Positions 13,901 to 25,200 of a stretch of 64,000 nucleotides of DNA are shown in pieces. Made by a program: the position numbers and the translations under genes. The notes beneath the pieces were generated by a model. It ran no database searches, was not told where the DNA came from, and saw nothing but the letters and a program-made list of their open reading frames with translations. The DNA comes from Azolla caroliniana (Eukaryota > Plantae > Polypodiophyta). The first letter of the stretch is position 1. Each line of letters opens with the position of its first letter. The stretch spans positions 11,780,001 through 11,844,000 of the forward strand of contig JBHGNT010000015.1 of the NCBI GenBank assembly GCA_043228905.1, read 5' to 3'.

Positions 13901-16000
13901 CCTAACGACCTTCTAATCGTCATATCTGCCTCATCAAAGCTCCAAATTTAGAGATTTAAAAAGCTATAGATAGATCTCTTTACAAGCTATAGACATAATA
14001 TTTGGGTGAAAAATGAAGGAGTTATGACCATTCCTTTTTTACTATTTTTATGGTCCGCTTTTTCTCTTTTTACTTTTCTCTTGGTCTCTTACTTTTACTT
14101 TTGGCTTCTTCATAAGGTCTTGATTCGAGTTCTTAGCCTCCAAATGTGAGTTATCCATACTTTATATTCTTCTAATGTTCAATGGCTTAGATTCTAAAAA
14201 CACTTTCACACCAAGGACGACTCGAATCGGCTCGGATGCTTCGACTATATCCCTAGATGCAATAGGGCGACCATCAATGACTACAACGAATGCAGGAGAA
14301 GGGAGGTTTCTCAATAGGAGTTTTTGGGATAAAGCAAATTCTGTCCATAAAAGAAGAGTTGGCTCCTGAATCTAAGAGAGCAGATGCAAGAACTCAATGA
14401 CACCTAGAAGTGCTAAGCTCAACTTGTGTTGGAAAAACTCTGCTAATAAGATTCGATAAAATGGAACCGCTACTTGGGGCTGACATTACGTATTCTGGTT
14501 TGTCCAACCAAATGGCTCCAATTTTGATTGGACTTATTCGTTTAATATTTCATCAAGCTGACTCAAGACCTCAAAACTATTGGATTGGCCTAGACATGTC
14601 AGACTACTTGGGATAGATAATCTAACTGGGGAATTGGAATTAAGTTTCTCACTAGTACTTACTTGATTTACTTGTCGTTTTGGCCTATGTGGGCAGGTGA
14701 TTGCTATGTGTCCCGGACCACCAAAATACAAACATAGATGGTTTGCTCGGCATCCTTGCTTCGCAATTTCAGACAAAGGCCCTCGACGACGTGTTACATC
14801 GATCTCCATCGGACTTGGACCAGTTGATGGAATCATGTGTGAAGTTTGGGTAGTGCTCGTAGGTGTCGAGGCTACTACTAAAGCATATGTTTGATCCATT
14901 CTTGGTCGTGACATTAGTTGACGTTCTAAACGTCGCTCGAATAAACGATTGTCACATCGCACCGCATGACTTATTGCTTCTATAAGAGATCTTGGATCTT
15001 CGAGGAAAGTTAATAACAAATCTTTTACATCATTTCGTAGTCCATGGCGAAACTGATCCATTAATGCTTCTTCATCCCATGGAATATCATAAGCTAGGAG
15101 GCGGAAATCTGCGGCGTATGCGGACGTAGGACGATCCCCTTGACACAATCTTCGAATTTTATTGATCTCCATTCTGACACTATTAGTGTCTCCAAAGTTT
15201 GCTTGAAACTCTTTAATAAAATCTTCAAAGTCTTGAAGGAGAGGAGATTTCTTTTCTAGCAGTGGTGCAAACCATGCTAATGTTGTTCCTATTAAGAGGG
15301 GTCCTACTAGTCCAACTCGAGTTGTATCGGTTGGATATCTATTAGGATGCATACGAATTACTAGACGCACCTGATTTAGAAATCCTCGAAATTGTGATCA
15401 ACTACCATCGAACTTCCTGGGGAAACAAATCTTTGGTTCTTTGGGAGAGCTTTGTTGCATCAAAGCTTGTTGATGAAGAGACCACAATGTTGTTTCGAGT
15501 TGCAATACACGTGTTGATAACTTGTCATATTGTTGTTCCTTTTCTATGCTGCTTGTAAATCTCCAAGAAATTGTTGATTCTCTTGCTCCAGAGCCAAAAA
15601 CTTATTTGTGAGATGTTTGAGTTCAGAGAGGACTCGAACATATACTCTTGCTTGCTAACGAACTCCATGGTGACGATAACGCTTGATAGGATTCTCAAGA
15701 AAAAGAAGGAAAGAAGAGAGAGAGAGAGAGATAGAACTGGTGAGAACTAGAGAGAAGATATTCTGGTTCAAACTGTCAAGGCCTTAGCTTGACAAAAGAA
15801 GATTGAACAAGAGAGGAAACGAAAGAGACAACAATGACTATATTTTTATTATAATAGGAAAATATACAAGAGCGAGAACTAGAATATTTACCAAAGACTA
15901 GTGTTGAACTAGAATGGTTCTAACAATACAATATCTCCTATTGATATAGGGTTACATTATCAATATTATAATAAAGTAAATTATAATATCTTTACGTAAA
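7909..16000 (-). mobile_element. Degenerate Tcn1-like chromovirus (Ty3/gypsy) no. 1
   Basis: gag 14534-15370; protease split by an insertion; RT/RH 9432-10835 (YLDD, EADASD); integrase and chromodomain 7909-9300 (EFEVKVVLDSKIVRKKLYYLV); 5' LTR starts at TGTCAAG 15774, far end approximate. Confidence 0.9.
11079..14210 (-). mobile_element. Internally deleted gypsy element nested in the protease of chromovirus 1
   Basis: TSD CCAAG (11074-11078 and 14211-14215); full LTR 13417-14210 and truncated LTR 11079 to about 11590; PBS-like TGGCGCTCCAAGGAG; gag with CYSCQEEGHISTRC and protease LVDSGA; host peptide EPIRVVLG|SFACVIS rejoins across it. Confidence 0.9.
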
Positions 16001-18090
16001 ACATATATAACCTAATGGTTAGAGGTGAGTGCTCCTCCATTTCTCTCGCTATGTCGACTTTCTCTCTCCATTTTGAACACATCCATCCTTTCCACCCGAA
16101 CCATTGTCGCCATCCAATCCACCATATTCTTCGTTCACTCTTTGCATGGCCATGGCCGGTTCTCATGACTCCTTGTGCTCCTCTTGAGCATAACCCTTCA
16201 TGTCTCGTGCTTGTGCCACCTTCATTCTGACTGTCTCCTTGGTCAAAACACTCTGCACTTCGTCCACCTTCGTCATACAATCTCGCGTTAGAGTTGAAAA
16301 TCTTCATGTTAGAGCCCTCCTTCTTTGTCGAGATCTCATCCTGGGTAACACCTTTCAAATCCGCTTGGCCCTTGTCATCTGTGGTAGTGTGCCTGCTTTG
16401 CCTCTTCCTCGTGTTCATCGGCCTCGATTGTTTCGACCTTCGGTTGAGTCGTATTAGCTTCTTTCCGGATTGGTCTCGTCCGATCGGCTTTCGGATAGGT
16501 CGGCTTCCATCCGTATCTGCGTTCGACTAAATCAGACTCAGTTGATCGATTTCGATCGAGTCGGCCCCCTTCTAGTTCAGGTTCGACCCATCGGTTTCGG
16601 TCCGGGTTGACTTTCTTTTCTTCGTGTTCACCGGATTTGACTGGTTCGACTTCCGGCTGAGTCGGATTAGCTTCTTTCCGATTCAGTCTCGTCCGATCAG
16701 CTTCCAGTTCAAACGATTTCCGTCTGGGTCGGGCTCGACCGTTCGAATTTCGACCAAATCCAGTTTCTCTTGGTTCGACTTTCGTTTAGATCGGAATTTC
16801 GGATGTATCATTTTCCATCCGAACCGGCTTCCGACTTTACCTTCCTTGCCGCCATCTCCCGTCTCTCTGGTCTCACGTTGGTTTTCGGACATAACCACCG
16901 AAGTCTCTAGAATTAGTGGGCAGGAATTCTCGGTATTATCGTCCTCCATTGTTTCACCCATAGCCACCTTCTCGACTATCTCTCTGTCGTATGCATTGGC
17001 TTTGACCTTCGTTTTCTCTTCGTGACCTTCCGTCTCTTCGGTCTCACGTTGCTTTTCGAACGCAACTGCTGAAATCTCTAGAATTAGTGTTGGGAGAGTC
17101 TTGCCTCGGCCATCCGCCATTGGCTCATCCATAGCCACCCTCTTGACTATTTCTCCATCACATGCATCGACGTCAATTTTTGTTTCCTCTCTGCCACCTT
17201 CTGTCTCTTTGGTCTCACGTTGGGTCTTAGATGCAACTGCCGAAGTCTCTAGAATTAGTGGGAAGGAATCCTTGGTATTACCATCCTCCATCGAATCATC
17301 CTTAGCCTCCTTCACCTCGATGTCGTTATCCGTGGCTATCTCTTCAACTCTATAGGCTTCACACTCTTTGCCCTCCTCAATCATGCAAGCATCGATTATG
17401 GTTACCCCTTTTTCACTCGATGCTTTCGACACTCGTGTCCCGAAACCTTCTTCCACTCTTGAAATGGTGTTCGCCACTCTCAAGTCATCGGCCATATCCT
17501 TGGCTATTATTCTTTCACAAGACAAGAGGATATCTTGTTCCACAACCTCTCCCGTAGTACCATCATATTGTATTTCAGCCTTCATATCGGTCACATCATT
17601 CATTTTCAATTGATCATCCCTCATGAACCATGTTGATGCCAACCAGATTCTCGTCTTCCTCTTATCATGTCTTCGGAATATTCTTTCAACTTCGGCCCAT
17701 TCCATTTGCACCGTTATCGTCTTCAAGTTTGATCCTGATGTCCATCCTTCCTTTCCAATCGATCAATCTTACGAACATTAGGACTTTATCTACCCCCACC
17801 AATCGTTGTTCCCGCTCCAAGAGTTGAGCAAAATGATACTCAAACTCTAGGAATGCTTGTGTCGCGCTTTGGTGGATCTTCGCCGATGCCACCCACTGGT
17901 CAAACTCGCGTCGATCTCGTCCCTTCGGTCTCTCATAGTCATATGCCTCTCATAAAGCTTCTTCAAAGGACCCCCATGTCGGGTTTTGTTGTCGTATCTT
18001 GTGGATTCTCTCTTGTAGCTTATATGTGGCCACCCGATTAAAGGATATCACTTGCAATCCTTCCGGTATCCCGCATCGCATCATCTCCGC

Positions 18091-18931
18091 TGTCGTGCCT
18101 TTCGGCTCCGGATCGTTGCGTGAGTCGGGTGGGAACCACAGAGGTCTTGGACTAGGAGAAAGAAGTTCGTGAGATAGAGATTAATTATAAGTAAATAGCA
18201 AAGAGAAAGATAAGAAACTCGTGAATCACACGAGTATACTATATTAATTGGTACTTAGGGTGTTAAGAGAGAAGTAGATGTATAAATCGTGAATCCCACG
18301 AATAATTTTTGTATTGATTAATACATAATCCAAATAATCAACAACCATATACATATTTCTCTCCTCCTTATATAAAGATGGAAGAGCTAAGCATGGCTTC
18401 ATGCTTTTTTTTTACAAAAAGTGTTCATGTCCACTAAATGTGCATGTGATGCTTTTTTTATTTCCTAAGTATAGGGCTCATGCACGCTAGATGTGCATGA
18501 GTTATTTTTAGTGTCTCGTGTTTTTCTTTTCTTTTCTTTTTCATATATTAAAAAATACACGATTTACCTTTTAATAAAGGTATGCATAAATAAAGGTCTT
18601 ATACCTATTAAATCTATATTTAAAACACTTAAGATAAGTTAATGTAATGGTAAGGTTGGGGTTTGTCAACGTGGAGGTGCAAAGTTCGAATCATGCCCTG
18701 CGCAATAGTGAGTATTTCCTTTTTCTTTTTACATTTATGTCTCTTTATCCGGCTCTTCCTTGCCGGTATGCCGTTTTCTTCCTTGCCGGTATGCCGTTTT
18801 CTTCCTTGCCGGTATGCCGTTTTCCTCCTTGCCGGTATGCCGTTTTCTTCCGGATTTCACCGAGCACTCCATTCTCTATCCGGAGGGACAAAAATATTAT
18901 TTCCACATAGTGTGCAACCTACACTACGACA
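18091..18931 (-). repeat. Solo LTR of the Trp-primed family inserted in the gag of copy 1
   Basis: TGTCGT...ACGACA termini; 4-bp TSD CCGC; gag sequence CATCTCCGC|TTTGTAGTCACG rejoins across it. Confidence 0.9.
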
Positions 18932-19116
18932 CCGCTTTGTAGTCACGTAGATAGCATGACGCATCCTTTCTGTTGAATTGTCCATTTCATTCTACGAGCT
19001 ACTTTACTACCGCCGTGATCTCCGACATCACTTGTTGTTCATGTAGCATCTGCTCGAACATCATCATCATCGTGTTCATCGTCTCTTGTTGATTCTCCAT
19101 CTCCTTGTCACCCGTC

Positions 19117-19134
19117 TTCACGTCGGGTTCACCA
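19117..19134 (-). promoter_or_regulatory. Primer-binding site complementary to the 3' 18 nt of plant tRNA-Trp(CCA)
   Basis: Plus strand reads TTCACGTCGGGTTCACCA, matching the plant cytosolic tRNA-Trp 3' end as recalled; lies 4 nt from the LTR end. Confidence 0.85.
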
Positions 19135-19256
19135 AATGTGTCGTGCCTTTCAGCGCTAGATCGTTGCGTGAGTCGGGTGGGAACCACTAGGGTTTTGGAC
19201 TAGGAGGAGGAAGAATTTGAGACGAGTCTAGTTATGAATAGATTATTAGAAAGAGA

Positions 19257-20064
19257 ACAGGTTCCTCCGGATGGGAAGGGAGTAGATCAATGCCGATGAA
19301 CAAACTCGGCCGAGGCCGAAGACCGGATGAGGTGGACCCGGCCACGGAGAGCCGGATGATGCAGACCCGGTGAAGACCGGATGAGGAGTACCTGGCTACG
19401 GAGAGCCGGATGATGCAGATCCGGTGAAGACCGGATGAGGAGTACTTGGCTACGGAGAGCCGGATGATACAGACCCGGTGTGAACCGGATGAGGAGTACC
19501 CGGCTACGGAGAGCCGGATGGTGCAGGCCCGGTATGAACCGGATGAGGAGTACTCGGCTACAGAGAGCCGGATGGTACAGGCCCGGTATGAACCGGATGA
19601 GGAGACATATTCATAAATATGTTTCTGAGAGCCTATCGAGGCTACATTTGTAAATAGCCAAAAAGTCATATTAGTATAAATATGACTTAGGGCAAAAACT
19701 TTTGGTTACTGTTGTTGTCATTTTTTTTTTCTTGTTGGTGCAAGAAGAAGAGAGAGTGCGTAACTGTACAGAGAGAGAGTGAGAGACGAGGTCGTTGCCT
19801 CTGTTGTAACCGCCGCCTGTGGCGAAGATCGTGAGTCCAAGGTCGTTGCCTCCGTGAACTCACTGTTTTGTACATTCATACATAGCGACAGTTTGCAGCC
19901 TGTGGGCTGCCGTGGTATTTTCCCCTAGTTTGGGGTTTTTTCCACGTTAACCTCCTGTGTATCTTTCTCCTCTTTGTGTCGTGTTCTATTTCCCGTTTTC
20001 TGTGTATGAAAAGAATCTCGGTTGTGGCCGAGCGTTGCGCATAAGGAGCTAGGAGTTCCCGACA
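19257..20064 (+). repeat. 5'-truncated copia-type LTR related to the LTRs at 25428 and 33193
   Basis: Shares TATAAATATGACTTAGGGCAA, TTTTCCACGTTAA and GGTTGTGGCCGA motifs with them; ends TTCCCGACA. Confidence 0.8.
19321..19604. repeat. 54-bp CCGG-rich tandem repeat (about 5 copies) in the LTR U3
   Basis: ACCGGATGAGG recurs with a 54-bp period from 19321 (19375, 19429 and onward). Confidence 0.9.
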
Positions 20065-20977
20065 CTTGTCACCTGTCTTCACGTCGGGTTCACCAAATGT
20101 GTCGTGCCTTTCAGCGCTAGATCGTTGCGTGAGTCAGGTGGGAACCACTGGGGTTTTGGACTAGGAGGAGGAAGAATTTGAGACGAGTCTAGTTATGAAT
20201 AGATTATTAGAAAGAGAGATAGAAACTTGTGAATCCCACAAGTATAGTTGTTTTAGTTTATCTTAATCGTAGTAATAAATTGAAATAGTTTAGAATAGTT
20301 TAGAATAGATTAGAGTAGATTGAGAAAAGAGATCAAAACTTGTGAATCCCACAAGTATTATATTAATCAATACTTATGTAAGAATATGAATGTAGATTGA
20401 AAGAGAAGGATATAAAAACCTCGTGAATTCCACGAGTATAGTTTATGTCGTGAATCCCACGAATATAATTTATTAATTTGTGTTTTTAGAAATATATCCA
20501 ATTTCCAAAGTTTTCACACCCCTATTACATTATGCTCCCCATCCTTATATAGTGATGAGAGAGTCTTAGCAATCCATGCTTTTTTTTTCTAACTATGGAC
20601 TCCATGCTTTCTCTATCTATAGACTATATGCTTTCTCTAACATGCGTTTTTTATTGACTATAGTGTTTATGCACGTTAGATGTGCATGTGTAACTTTTTT
20701 CTATCATGCGTTTTTCTTCTAGTTGAAGCTTTTTCTTAGAAAAAAAACCTTTCTATGTGGAATATTTGCTTTTCTAACACTCATGATGTGTTAGTGTGAT
20801 GGTAAGGTGTTAAATTATTAATATGGAGGTATAAGGTTTGAATCTTGCCCTATGCATGTAATATTTATTGTCATATTTTCTTCGTTTTCTTCATATTTAT
20901 TAAATCGAGTACTTTGTACATTTTTTACGTAGTGTATGAAATACACTACGACAACGGTATGCTACGTATGTTACAAC

Positions 20978-22030
20978 CATGCAATATCCAACATATCTTG
21001 CATATCGTGAAGAAAGTTTTGTGTACTTTGCAACTCATCATGATGTATATTAACATCAATCAAGGCTCGTGGTTGAAAACCATACATCAACATAAAAGGA
21101 CTATATCCCGTCAATGTATGTTTGGAGTTGTTATAAGCAAAACCGTGGGGTTAACTTAGCGCACTTACCTGTAGGCAATGTCTTAGAATTGTGAGGTACA
21201 CTTAAAAATACCTTTTGTAAAGGGTTGAATACACGAGGTTGCTTATTCTGATCGGCATAAGAACGCGCTCTATCTTGAGCTTCTTTTATATTATCTCGTG
21301 CAATATCCAACATATCTTGCATATCGTGAAGAAAGTTTTGCATACTTCGCAACTCATCATGATGTATATTAACATCAATTGAGGCTCGTGGCTGAAAACC
21401 ATCCACCAACATAAAAGGACTATATCATGTCGATGTATGTTTGGAGTTGTTATAAGCAAACTCCAAAATTGGGAGATAATGTTCCCATTTTGTTAGTTTT
21501 GTACAACATATGCACGGAGCATGTCCTCAATAATTTGATTTACTCGTTCTGTCTGTCCATTGGATTGAGGATGATCTGTGGAGCTAATGCTCAATGTAGC
21601 GTCCAAAAGTGGCGATTAAACTTTGGATCTCAATCACTCACAATATCCATCGGTAACCCATAAAAATGAAATAATTCGTCAACGAATTGCTAAGCGAGTT
21701 CAGGAGTTGTTACCGTGGTTTTAGTAGCAATAAATCTGGCCATTTTTGTTAGTCTATCAACCACAACCCAGATGGCATCATGGCCTTTTTGGGTGCGAGG
21801 AAGGCTAACAATAAAATACATGGATATACATTCCCACTTATTATTGGGAATGTCCAAAAGTCAAGCGGCATTAAGTCGCTCAACTTTGTTAACCTGACAC
21901 TGTTGACATTTAGTCACATAACTATTTATGTCAGGACGCATCTTAGGCCAATAGAATTGAGTGGAGATGAGAATGAGTGTACGATGTATTCCAGGGTGCC
22001 CTACTAAGGGTGCATCATGGCATTCAAAAA
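20978..22030 (-). pseudogene. Gypsy integrase relic with a local duplication of about 160 bp
   Basis: ARDNIKEAQDRARSYAD and KLTPRFC motifs; 20981-21141 is repeated at 21300-21460. Confidence 0.75.
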
Positions 22031-22272
22031 GAATTCTCTCTCTCTTTTCTTTTTTTTAAACTATACTCCATTAGTATTAAAATTAAAGTGGCCAAAGGCA
22101 AGATACAAGATAATCCAACATTACAATGAATATTGTGTAGACATGTTAACTGACTGTAGCCAATCTTTCTAGATAAAGATAAATAAATTTTTCTGCTAGC
22201 CAATCTTATTCATATTCAGAATCCAAGAATAATGTTTCATCCAAACAACCCCTTTCCTTCAATCTTAGCATG

Positions 22273-25200
22273 TGTCATAGACATATGCCAAGGAGGAAGG
22301 TAGGGATTTAACCCAAGACCTCATGGTCTCTATTGGGTAACCCTACCCATTGAGCTACCTATGCATCCTTGTACCATATCCAGCTTCATGTAGTGTAGAT
22401 TGAACATTGGAAGTTTCTAGCTTGCACACACTCTCATGCATTGTCTATTGCATGCATCCTCATGCATTGTCTATTGCATGCATCCTCATGTGTTCTCCAT
22501 TGTGTGCATCCTCATGCATACTCTATTTCTAGCTGGCTTACATAGCCCTACCTTCTTGTATAAATACCCTTGATTCTAATCAAGGTGAACAACACCAGTT
22601 ACAGATTCTATAAGTTGAGTTCTTGTTCTTTTCCTCTCTCTTGTGTTCTGGTCTTGTCTTCTCTTTGCTCTATTATACTTGTCCGTGATAGTTTGTTCAC
22701 CTGCCTCTTCTTGCTACCATGTCTGGCTCCGTCGACAACCTAAACCAAATCATGACAGCCTTGCAACAACTTGAGCTAGAGAATGAAATCCTTCGGGAAT
22801 CATTATGAGAGTTGCAATCTGGCACTTCAAGAAATCCACCACCCGCCGAGTCACAACCATCGTCGGCACCGAGCCCGACCACATCCTCTTCCCATCCATA
22901 TGTCCTCGAGCCAAATATCAGCCTACCAGACAAATTCAACGGCACAAGGGCTTATCTTCACGGTTTCATCAACCAAATTCGGCTTATGATCCGGTTACAA
23001 CCCCAACTGTATGCTAGCGACTTTTCTCAGGTTGGGCTTGTTGGCATTCTTCTCTCCGGGTCGGCGCAAGTGTGGTTTTCACCCTTGATCATGACGTCAT
23101 CCCCTCTCTTAGAAAACTTCACCGCTTTCATTGAGGAGCTCGAAGCGACATGTGGCGAGACAAATCGGCGACGAATGACACTCACAAAGCTTTATTCTTT
23201 CCAACAAGGCTCACGTCCATACTCGGTCTACGCCTCAGAGTTCCATCAGATTGCATGCGATGTTAGTTGGGATGACCAAGACCTATTCAACCATTTCCAT
23301 CGCGGCCTCCGAAATGACGTCAAGACCCTTCACTTAAAATTCCCGAAGCCCACATCATTGTCTCAAGTATTCTCCCAAGCTGTCCAGTGTGACAATCGTC
23401 TCTTCGAGCTTTGTCAAGAAGAAAGGGGGACTCGCGGGTCTCAACCTTCTTCTCGAAATGCATCAATCGCTAGGCCCTACTTGTCTCCCACGCCAACCTT
23501 ACCATCACCCAGCAATACCGATACCACGACGGAGGTCAATTTCCATACCCCGATGGAGATCGACCACACTTGGTTCCAACCACTAACTGAAGCCCAATGC
23601 CAACATCGTCGGGACAATGGAGTTTGTCTCTATTGTGGAGACCCCGGCCATGTCATCCACCACTGCCCGGTGCGGGGCCCGCAACACCAATTCCATCGTG
23701 CACGTCTAGCGGAGGTTCCTCGACAACAAGAAAACGACCAAGTCTGGTTGCAGTAGCCATGCCGCTGGACGCTTCTCGTTACTCACCTTCTCCATGCTCC
23801 TACAAGTTCGTTCCGCCATTAGGAGGGTTTTCTTTGCAAGTAAGTCTTTGTTTTGGTTCGACTTCCATAAATTCTCATGCCTTGCTCGATTCTGGAGCAT
23901 CTACTTGCTTTATCGATAAATCGTTTGGCCGTGCACATAATATCCCCACCATCCGCACATCACAACCCATATCCGTTGAAGCGATCGACGATCGGGTTCT
24001 CTCTTCGGGGGCGGTTACCAAAGCCATTATCCCATTGGTAGTTCAAGTCGGGGTGCACCAAGAAGAAGTCACATTCTACCTCATCGCAACTCCCCAACAT
24101 CCGATTGTGTTAGGGCTATCTTGGTTGGTGACACACAATCCAACAATGGATTGGTGTAACCGCTCCACCACTTTTCCAATAACGCCAATTCCTACTAGGT
24201 CACGACACTCTCTTGATTCCATTGTGGTTGAGTCCAGTTTGGTCTCTACACTGGCCGTTGTGTCGGGGGATGTCACCGTTCCTGTCAACAATTTACCCAT
24301 TCGATATAACGACTTTTTCGATATCTTCGAAAAGTGGAATGTGGATCGGTTACTGGCTCATCGCCCCTACAATTGCCCAATCAAACTCCAAGTTGGTGAG
24401 CATCCCCCATTCAATCCTATCTATGGGTTATCTGAACCTGAGCTTGAGGCTCTCCGCACATATCTGGCTGAGAATCTTGCGATGGGCTTCATTCAACCCT
24501 CCAAATCACCGGCAGGGGCACCAATCTTATTTGTCAAAAAGAAGGTCGGCTTGACGACATCCTAGTTTTTTCTACCAATTGGGAGGAGCACACACACCAC
24601 GTCTAGCTGGTCTCACCAACTCTGGGAATATGGCCTCTTCGCCAAAAGTGAGAAATGTGAATTCAATAGGACCTCTATCGAATTCCTGGGTTACATGATC
24701 TCCCCTACCGGGATCAAAATGGATGAACGCAAGGTAGCAGCAATCACTGATTGGCCTCTCCCGACTCGGCTGAAAGAGGTGCAATAATTTCTTGGTTTTG
24801 CAAATTTTTATAGACGATTTATAGACGTGTTCTCTTCCATAGTCCAACCTCTCATCCAGCTTACCCAAAAAGATACTCCATTTCTTTGGACCCCCGTAGC
24901 AAACAATGCTTTTAATGCCCTCAAAGCAGATTTTCTGTCCACCCCCGTGTTAGTCTACCCGACCCCACCCGCCCTTTCCAGGTTGAAACCGACGCCTCCG
25001 ACTTTGCCATAGGTATGGTCTTGTCTCAACCCGATGACAATGGCACCCTGCATCTGGTCGCCTTCTACTCTCGGAAGTTTACAACCACGGAAATCAATTA
25101 TCTGGTCTACAACAAGGAGCTTGGAGCTATCATCGCGGCCTTCGCCGAATGGTGACCTTATCTAGTTGGGGCCCAACATCGTATTCTGGTGGTGATCGAC

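Larger units (their letters stand above)
16015..20953 (-). mobile_element. tRNA-Trp-primed LTR element, copy 1 (gag plus acidic repeat ORF, no pol seen)
   Basis: LTR 20100-20953 (TGTCGT...ACGACA); PBS TGGTGAACCCGACGTGAA at 19117-19134 and 20078-20095; gag homologous to 42371-43130; ORF 16683-17726 homologous to 49228-49869; left end approximate. Confidence 0.85.

Noticed and set aside
14534-15370. PEG10/RTL1-like domesticated gene (also 22812-23756)
   Set aside because: Ordinary chromovirus gag inside degenerate elements with LTRs
19117-19134. tRNA-Trp gene
   Set aside because: Only the 3' 18 nt including CCA are present, next to an LTR, so it is a PBS
19232-19669. 145-aa ORF with SSSG repeats, and a possible CRISPR-like array
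   Set aside because: It is a translation of a 54-bp tandem repeat within an LTR; there are no unique spacers
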